Source: an uncultured Gemmatimonadales bacterium (GTDB lineage: Bacteria > Gemmatimonadota > Gemmatimonadetes > Gemmatimonadales > GWC2-71-9). Taken from it: 64,000 nucleotides of DNA. Where the stretch lies: assembly GCA_963728915.1 (NCBI GenBank), contig CAVSLV010000002.1, positions 160,001 to 224,000 of the forward strand. The letters run 5' to 3'. Position numbers and translations under genes: made by a program. This document shows positions 58,021 through 64,000 of this stretch, piece by piece. Numbering within the stretch: position 1 is the first letter of the stretch; the number at the start of each line of letters is the position of its first letter. The notes under the pieces were generated by a model. The model was given only the letters and a program-made list of their open reading frames with translations. It searched no databases and was not told the DNA's origin.

Positions 58021-59574
58021 ATGACCGCTCCTTCTTCCGTCCGGGTCGCGGAGCTCATGGCGTCGCTGTCCCACGCCGCGGACCTCGGCATGGGCCTGCC
58101 CAGCGATTACGCTGTCACGACCTGCGTCCTCGGCCTCCGCCTCGGCGACGCCCTCGGCTTCGACAGCGCCACGCTCCAGGACGTCTATTACGAAACCCTG
58201 CTCCGCTACGTCGGCTGCAACGCCGACGTGCAGTGGTTCGGATCCCTGTTCGGCGACGAGCTGGCGTTCCGCGCCGAGTACGCCACCCTCGATACCGCCG
58301 ACATGCCGGCGGTGCTCGACCTGATCCATCGCTCGATCAAGGGCTCGGAGGCCCTGACCCGCACCATCGGTACCGAGGCCGCGATCCAGCGGGCCATGGC
58401 CGAGCTGCCGGTCGTGATGGGCTCGTTCCTTCCGGGCCACTGCGAAGTGGCCCAGCGGCTCTCTCAGCGGATGGGGTTCCCCGCCTCGTTCGTCACCACC
58501 GTGGGCCAGATCTACGCGCGATGGGACGGAAAGGGCATTCCCGGACTCGCGGGCGAGGAGATCTCCCCCGCGTTCCTCTGCGCCTCGCTGGCCCACGATG
58601 CGGCCATCATCCACCGCGTCGGCGGAATCGATGCGGCGACGGCCATGGCACGGCAGCGAAGCGGGGGCACCCACGCGCCCGGAATGGTCGAAGTGTTCTG
58701 CGCGAAAGCGTCCTCGCTCCTGAAGGGTCTCGAGCGCCCGCCCCGCTGGACCGAAGTGCTCGACCAGGAGCCGGGCACCCGGCGGACTCTCGACGCGGCG
58801 GGACTCGACGCCGCGCTCGCGGCCATTGCCGACTTCAGCGATCTCAAGTCCCCCTCCTTCCTCGGGCACTCACACGGGGTGGCCACCCTGGTCACCCGCG
58901 CCGGCGAGGTCTTCGGGCTGCCAGCGACCGATGTCGAGCTGCTCCGGCGCGCCGCGCTGGTGCACGACGTCGGCAAGACCGGCGTCAGTACCACGATCTG
59001 GGCCAGCACGGAACGGCTGAGCGATCGCGAATGGGAATCGGTCCGGCTCCATCCCTATCATACCGGCCGGGTGTTTGCCCGATCCGAAGCGCTGAACCCG
59101 CTCGGCCAGCTCGCCGCGATGCACCACGAGCGGCTGGACGGGACCGGATACCACGGCGGCCTGCCCGCCGCGATGCAGCCGATCACGGCGAGGCTCCTCA
59201 CCGCGGCCAATCGGTTTCGCTCGCTGGTGGAGGACCGTCCCCACCGGCCGGCCCACTCTCCCGAGGAAGCTGGCCGGCTGCTCCGCGCCGAAGCGTTGCA
59301 GAAACGGCTCGATGAGGACGCCGTGGCGGCGGTCCTCACCGCCGCGGGAGAGCGAACCGCCTGGCGGCGGAAAGCAGCCTCCGCGGCGCTGACGGAGCGG
59401 GAGGTCGAAGTCGTCCGGCTGCTCGCCCGGGGCGGAACCATGAAGGAAGTGGCCTCCCAGCTCGACATCGCCTACAAGACTGTGGACCGCCACACCCAGA
59501 GCATCTACGGCAAGATCGGAGTCAAGACCCGCGCCGGAGCCACGCTGTGGGCGGTTGAGCACGGACTTACCTGA
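58021..59574 (+). CDS. Tandem HD/HD-GYP domain + LuxR HTH regulator
   Basis: Motifs RWDGKG.P, LVHDVGK, HHERLDGTGY and LTEREVEV.RLLARG. Confidence 0.9.
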   Translation: MTAPSSVRVAELMASLSHAADLGMGLPSDYAVTTCVLGLRLGDALGFDSATLQDVYYETLLRYVGCNADVQWFGSLFGDELAFRAEYATLDTADMPAVLDLIHRSIKGSEALTRTIGTEAAIQRAMAELPVVMGSFLPGHCEVAQRLSQRMGFPASFVTTVGQIYARWDGKGIPGLAGEEISPAFLCASLAHDAAIIHRVGGIDAATAMARQRSGGTHAPGMVEVFCAKASSLLKGLERPPRWTEVLDQEPGTRRTLDAAGLDAALAAIADFSDLKSPSFLGHSHGVATLVTRAGEVFGLPATDVELLRRAALVHDVGKTGVSTTIWASTERLSDREWESVRLHPYHTGRVFARSEALNPLGQLAAMHHERLDGTGYHGGLPAAMQPITARLLTAANRFRSLVEDRPHRPAHSPEEAGRLLRAEALQKRLDEDAVAAVLTAAGERTAWRRKAASAALTEREVEVVRLLARGGTMKEVASQLDIAYKTVDRHTQSIYGKIGVKTRAGATLWAVEHGLT

Positions 59575-59683
59575 TTCCCCCCCACGCATGGGGAATTCTC
59601 CCGATGTGCCCCGGAGGCCCGTGCGCTATGCATGGGTCACGCGAGGCACGCTCGCAGCTCGCTCTCACCACAAGGAGGACACC

Positions 59684-59956
59684 ATGTTGCTGGCCACTAC
59701 CACCGTCGAGGACGTCGACCGATTCCTGCGGGTCTTCTCGGGACCGGGCGCGGAAAAGCGGAAGAAGCACGGCTGCAAGGGCTCGACCGTCTTTCGCGAT
59801 CCGAACCAGCCCGATCGCCTCTGGGTCACCTTCGACTGGGACGCCGCGGGCTGGCAGAGCTTCGTGTCCGACCCCGAGGTGCCGCCCATCCTCAAGGAGG
59901 CCGGCCACAAGTCGAAGCCCCAGGCGGCGGAGCTCTGCGGCAGTTACTACGCCTGA
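59684..59956 (+). CDS. Small dimeric alpha/beta-barrel-like protein
   Basis: Strong SD AAGGAGG; motif KR..HG....VFRDP. Confidence 0.7.
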   Translation: MLLATTTVEDVDRFLRVFSGPGAEKRKKHGCKGSTVFRDPNQPDRLWVTFDWDAAGWQSFVSDPEVPPILKEAGHKSKPQAAELCGSYYA

Positions 59957-59969
59957 ACCGGAGACGACC

Positions 59970-60371
59970 ATGCACAAGAACGCCGATCTCGTCCGCCGCG
60001 GCTATGCCGCGTTCAATTCTGCGGACCTCGAAACTCTGACCCGGCTGTTCGACGAGAACGTCCGGTGGACCACCCCCGGACAATCGCCGATCGCCGGCAC
60101 GATGGCGAACCGCGACGCCACGTTTGCCCAATTCGGGCGCTACCTGGAAGGAACCGGCGGGACCTTCAAGGCGGATCTTCGCTACGTGACCGCCGATGAT
60201 GAGGGGCGCGTGGTGGGGATTCACCACAACACCGGCGCCCGGAATGGCAGGCGACTCGACACCGAGTGCTGCATCACGTTCCGGCTGGAGAATGGGCGGG
60301 TCGTCGAGGCCAAGGAGCACTTCCTGGATCAGGCCAACTGGGATGCCTTCTGGACGGAGGGGTCCCGATGA
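59970..60371 (+). CDS. SnoaL/NTF2-like protein
   Basis: Motifs VRRGYAAFN..D, W..PG.S..AG and D.FW. Confidence 0.85.
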   Translation: MHKNADLVRRGYAAFNSADLETLTRLFDENVRWTTPGQSPIAGTMANRDATFAQFGRYLEGTGGTFKADLRYVTADDEGRVVGIHHNTGARNGRRLDTECCITFRLENGRVVEAKEHFLDQANWDAFWTEGSR

Positions 60372-61495
60372 CCGCCACCACATCCGCCGCGAAGGCAATC
60401 CGGGTCGGGGTGGTCACCGACGTCACCGGCCCCCTCGGAGCGCTGGGCACCGCGAACGCGAATACCGCGCGCATGGTGATCGACGAGCTCAATTCCGCGG
60501 GAGGCTTGCTGGGGCGGCCAGTCGAGCTCTGTCTCGAAGACAGCGAATCCTCCGACGACGCCGCCGAGGCCAAGTCACGGAAGCTGGTGAACCAGGACCG
60601 GGTCGACGTAGTCCTGGGAGGGATCTTCAGCTCCACCCGGCTCGCAATCAAGCGGGCCGTCGTGGAGGAAGGCCGGACCCTCTACATCTACCCGGAGCAA
60701 TACGAGGGACAGGAATGCCACCCCCTCATCTTCTGCACCGGGCCGGTGCCGGCCCAGCAGGTCGAGCCGCTCATTCCCTGGCTGGTGCGTGAGACCGGGG
60801 CGAAAAAGTTCTACTGCCCCTCGGCCGATTACATCTGGCCCAGGATCATGAACAGGAAGCTTCGCGAAGTGGCCGCCGCCAACGGCGGTACGATCGTCGG
60901 CGAAGAGTACTTTCCGCTCGATCACGCCGATTACAGCGCGACGATCGACAAGATCATGTCCACCGGCGCCGACGTGGTCTTCAATACCACGGTGCCGCCG
61001 GGCGTGGCGCCATTTCTCGATCAGCTCCACAAGGCCGGCTTCACCAGGCGCGGCGGACACATCGTCACCACGTACTTCGAGGAGAATGTCCTGGGCCTGT
61101 TCCCACCCGAGCTGGTCGAGGGGATGTACGGCTGTCTCGATTACTACCAGAGCGTCACCGATCCCTGGAGCAAGTCCCTGTTGAGTCGATACGAGGCCCG
61201 GTATCCGGAAGGCCCCAAGTTCACCGCGGGCAGCGCGGCCACCGGCATGTACCGGGGCTTGAAGCTCTGGGAAGCCGCCGTCAGGGAGGCGGGTTCCCTC
61301 AAGCAGGAGGACGTCATCAAAGCCCTGGATCACGCGAAGATCGCCGAGGGCCCGGGCGGCCCGGCCCAGATGGTGCCGGGGCAGCATCACCTGCGATTGA
61401 ACATGTACATTGCCCAGGTGAAGAAGAACCGGCTCGAGGTCGTGGCAAGCCTTGGCGCACTGGATCCGAAGGAGTGTACCCAGGGGGTCCGGTAG
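60368..61495 (+). CDS. AmiC/UrtA-like ligand-binding protein with no signal peptide
   Basis: Motifs GGLLGRPVEL, YP.QYEG.EC, P.QQ and DYIWP. Confidence 0.85.
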   Translation: MTATTSAAKAIRVGVVTDVTGPLGALGTANANTARMVIDELNSAGGLLGRPVELCLEDSESSDDAAEAKSRKLVNQDRVDVVLGGIFSSTRLAIKRAVVEEGRTLYIYPEQYEGQECHPLIFCTGPVPAQQVEPLIPWLVRETGAKKFYCPSADYIWPRIMNRKLREVAAANGGTIVGEEYFPLDHADYSATIDKIMSTGADVVFNTTVPPGVAPFLDQLHKAGFTRRGGHIVTTYFEENVLGLFPPELVEGMYGCLDYYQSVTDPWSKSLLSRYEARYPEGPKFTAGSAATGMYRGLKLWEAAVREAGSLKQEDVIKALDHAKIAEGPGGPAQMVPGQHHLRLNMYIAQVKKNRLEVVASLGALDPKECTQGVR

Positions 61496-61512
61496 GCGGA
61501 GGGAGGATCGCC

Positions 61513-62115
61513 GTGAGGAACCGGCTGGTGATGGTTTGCGTGGCCCTCGGGATGCCGACGCTATCGTGTCAGCGGGGGCCCCGCGAGCCGCCGCCCGGCG
61601 TGCTCGCCGGCGCGCGAACCGAGCTGGAAACCCGCGGGCGCGAGGACCAGGACATCCGGAAGGGATTTGGAGTTGGCGGGACGATCGACCCCGATCAGTT
61701 CAACGCGATGCTCCGGATCGATTCCTCCAACACCCATTGGCTCAAGCAGTATGTCGCGCAGTGGGGCTGGCCGACCGCGGCGCAGATCGGTCACGAGGCG
61801 GTCGAAGCCGCCTTTCTCATCGTGCAGCACGCGGTCCAGGACACCGGGTTCATGCGGGCCATGCTTCCCGCCATTCAGGAAGGCTACCGGCGGGGAGACT
61901 ACAAGGGGAGCGATGTCGCGATGCTCATCGACCGGCTCGAGGTCAAAGCCGGACGACCCCAGATCTACGGCAGCCAGCTCTCCCTCAAGGACGGCAAATG
62001 GGTCATGGACCCCCTCCTGGATTCGGCCCACGTAGACGAGCGGCGACAAAAGCTGGGTCTCATGCCGCTCGCCGAGTACCTTCGCAAGGCCGATTCCGCG
62101 CTCCGCGCTCCATGA
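61513..62115 (+). CDS. DUF6624-like lipoprotein
   Basis: Motifs DQ..R, GWP, AAFLIVQHA, A.L.DR and Q.YGSQ. Confidence 0.82.
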   Translation: MRNRLVMVCVALGMPTLSCQRGPREPPPGVLAGARTELETRGREDQDIRKGFGVGGTIDPDQFNAMLRIDSSNTHWLKQYVAQWGWPTAAQIGHEAVEAAFLIVQHAVQDTGFMRAMLPAIQEGYRRGDYKGSDVAMLIDRLEVKAGRPQIYGSQLSLKDGKWVMDPLLDSAHVDERRQKLGLMPLAEYLRKADSALRAP

Positions 62116-62131
62116 CGGAGGAAACCCGATC

Positions 62132-62171
62132 GTGATCGCACGGATCTGGCACGGGAAGGTGCCGAGTCGGA
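62132..62171 (+). pseudogene. N-terminal stub of an antibiotic-biosynthesis-monooxygenase-like gene (MIARIWHGKVP)
   Basis: GGAGG SD + GTG + typical N-terminus, cut off by the convergent tyrA end. Confidence 0.5.
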
Positions 62172-63263
62172 TCACGCGCCGCGCGTGAACGCCCGCCCGG
62201 CCTCCATGAGAGCTACGAATCCGTTCTCGTCGCCGGCACGGACCACATCCCGGATCCGGGTGGCCACCGACACCAGGGTGTCGAGCACTTCCCCGCCGAA
62301 CTCGTTGAGGTACTGGATTTCGAAATAGAGCCGCGGGTTCTCCCGGGACACCGGGGTCGCGACCGCAAGCTGCCGGGCGAACGTGGTACTGGAAAGCCGG
62401 GCCAGCTCCTCCAACGTCGACCCGCTCTCCGCGAGCGCCGCCAGAAACGCGATGTTGAGCGCGTGACTCAGCCCGAGGACCTGGGCCATGATCCGGTCGT
62501 GGCTCGCCAGGTCCATGGTGATCACCTCGGCCATGGTCGGAGCGAAGAGCGACCGGACTGTCTCGTTGGCCTCGGGCATGCCGAGATCGATCACCACGAC
62601 GTGGCGACCGGCGAGGAGGCGCGTGTCAGGCCCGAAGAGCGGATGCATCGAGCTGGTGCGGACCCCGGCATGCACCAGCCGTTCCAGCCCGGTCCGGAGC
62701 GGCGCCTTGAGCGAACCCACGTCGAAGACGACACCCGAAGGACGCCGTTGGGCGAGCTCGTCCAGGATGACCGCGGTGGCCCGGAGCGGCGCCGCCACGA
62801 TGACCAGGTCCTGCTCCAGGGACGACTGGCGCCAGTCAGGGAACCAGGGCGCCTCGGACGAGGAGGCGCCGGCCGGATCGGCGATCTCGACCTGGAAGCC
62901 CTGGCTCTGAAGAAATCGCACCAGCCATCCCCCCATCCGGCCGCCGCCCCCGATCACCAGGGCGCGCCTGCCCAGCCCACCCGAGCGCGAGGCAACCCGC
63001 TGTTCCTCCTGGGTCACGAGCGAGGCTTCGATGAGCAATTCGAGCACTTGCCCGGCCAGGTCCGGGCTGAGGCTCTCTTCCCGGGCCAGTCGACGAGCCC
63101 GCTCGATCACCCGCTTCTCCTGGGCAAAATCACGTAACCCGCGAGCCTCGGATTCCTTCCGCCGCCCGATGGCTTCGGCCAGCCGCTGTCGTGCCGCCAT
63201 CCCCCTGACCAGCTCCCGGTCTATCTCGGCGAGCCGATCGCGGAGCTCCGCAAGTTCGCTCAT
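62172..63263 (-). CDS. tyrA: Bifunctional chorismate mutase / prephenate (arogenate) dehydrogenase
   Basis: AroQ-type LR..L..ID...R...A..IG..K; motifs IGGGGRMG, DVGSLK, HPLFGP and HD..MA...GLSH. Confidence 0.93.
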   Translation of the reverse strand: MSELAELRDRLAEIDRELVRGMAARQRLAEAIGRRKESEARGLRDFAQEKRVIERARRLAREESLSPDLAGQVLELLIEASLVTQEEQRVASRSGGLGRRALVIGGGGRMGGWLVRFLQSQGFQVEIADPAGASSSEAPWFPDWRQSSLEQDLVIVAAPLRATAVILDELAQRRPSGVVFDVGSLKAPLRTGLERLVHAGVRTSSMHPLFGPDTRLLAGRHVVVIDLGMPEANETVRSLFAPTMAEVITMDLASHDRIMAQVLGLSHALNIAFLAALAESGSTLEELARLSSTTFARQLAVATPVSRENPRLYFEIQYLNEFGGEVLDTLVSVATRIRDVVRAGDENGFVALMEAGRAFTRGA

Positions 63264-63276
63264 TCCCTTGCTCCCC

Positions 63277-63315
63277 AAAAAAAAGAAAGAGCGGCCCCCC
63301 CCCGGTGGGCCGCTC
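63277..63315 (-). terminator. Intrinsic terminator upstream of tyrA (attenuator)
   Basis: GAGCGGCCC-N9-GGGCCGCTC stem followed by TTTCTTTTTTTT, 13 nt before the tyrA start. Confidence 0.9.
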
Positions 63316-63341
63316 GTGATTCGGATCTCGGAAATCTGGTG

Positions 63342-63419
63342 CTAGGTCGAGTACCGAAGCCCGCGGCCGGGGAGGGTCGCATATCGGTAATCGGTGCGGT
63401 ACCGGCGAAGATTAGGCAT
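63342..63419 (-). CDS. Tyr-rich leader peptide MPNLRRYRTDYRYATLPGRGLRYST
   Basis: 25 codons with 4 Tyr, immediately upstream of the terminator and tyrA; below the ORF-track cut-off. Confidence 0.75.
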   Translation of the reverse strand: MPNLRRYRTDYRYATLPGRGLRYST

Positions 63420-63427
63420 GATCGGGA

Positions 63428-63982
63428 TCAATCATAACCGCCCGGCGCCCACGGCGCCCGGATCCGGAGCGGGACGATCATGGTGCCCCAGTGGATCCGG
63501 AGAATCGCCTCGTCCCGGTTCACGACCGGGAAGTAATAGGCCAGGGTTTCCATGTGTGCCCCCTGCTCGACCTCCACTTCGAACCGCAGCGCATCCCGGT
63601 CGGGACCGGGATACGGGGTATGGAACACGTGGGCGGCCCGGCTCAGGATCACGGTCCAGGGCGCGTGCTCGCGGGGAATCAGCCAGAGAGTGTACTCGCC
63701 GGCGGCCAGCGGGTGGCCTTCCAGCTCGATGTCGTGGGTAATGGCAATGCGGCTCGCCGAGTCGGCGCCGGGATGCCAGAGGGTATCCCACTTCACGAGG
63801 CCCCCGAAGAGGGCGCGGCCCCGCGCAACCGGCCGGCCGTACGCGATGGTGATCTCAGTGAAGGCGACGGTCTGGCTGACCAGTCCCCGCTGACTGAACG
63901 GGATCGCCTGGGCGGTGGCGCCCTCGAAAGAGCCGAACGCCAAAAGCGTCACCAGAAAGCCGACTCTCATTGCCATTCTCAT
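63428..63982 (-). CDS. DUF2911-domain secreted protein
   Basis: Motifs SQ...VSQ.V....I.I.Y.RP..RGR.LFG.LV....W.PGA and AGEY.LW.IP. Confidence 0.88.
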   Translation of the reverse strand: MRMAMRVGFLVTLLAFGSFEGATAQAIPFSQRGLVSQTVAFTEITIAYGRPVARGRALFGGLVKWDTLWHPGADSASRIAITHDIELEGHPLAAGEYTLWLIPREHAPWTVILSRAAHVFHTPYPGPDRDALRFEVEVEQGAHMETLAYYFPVVNRDEAILRIHWGTMIVPLRIRAPWAPGGYD

Positions 63983-64000
63983 GGGAGCTGAAATATGGAG

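Noticed and set aside
1..64000. Integron integrase, tRNA, rRNA, prophage or anti-phage defence operons
   Set aside because: No tyrosine-recombinase motifs, cloverleaf, structural phage genes or recognisable defence genes beyond the TA pairs were seen by eye

Overview
GC-rich bacterial accessory region. The gene content (several acidobacterial-type duplicated orphan permeases, PadR regulators, many secreted hydrolases) suggests a Gemmatimonadota/Acidobacteriota-like host, but this is inference only. Bases ~370-12,790 are the distal part of an integron cassette array. It has 7 full-length attC sites (3 of them hit by IS elements) plus 2 truncated ones, three toxin-antitoxin cassettes with their own promoters, and no integrase in the window. 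The array has been invaded by three IS110/IS1111-type elements of two kinds and by one IS30 element. The highlight is that the 3' non-coding ends of all three IS110 elements contain a readable guide/stem/guide motif matching their own attC insertion sites, a bridge/seek-RNA target-binding loop. One IS type targets the R'' end of attC and the other the R' GTT core. The rest of the window (13-62 kb) is a mosaic of small stress, regulatory and secreted-enzyme modules with many deletion remnants. It includes a LytTR two-component system with a conserved 21-bp-spaced direct-repeat promoter motif and a Cys/His-rich DUF2946-like ORF upstream of copC. At the right end, a Tyr-rich leader peptide and intrinsic terminator precede tyrA (candidate tyrosine attenuator). 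All product calls come from motif recognition by eye; no database searches were run.
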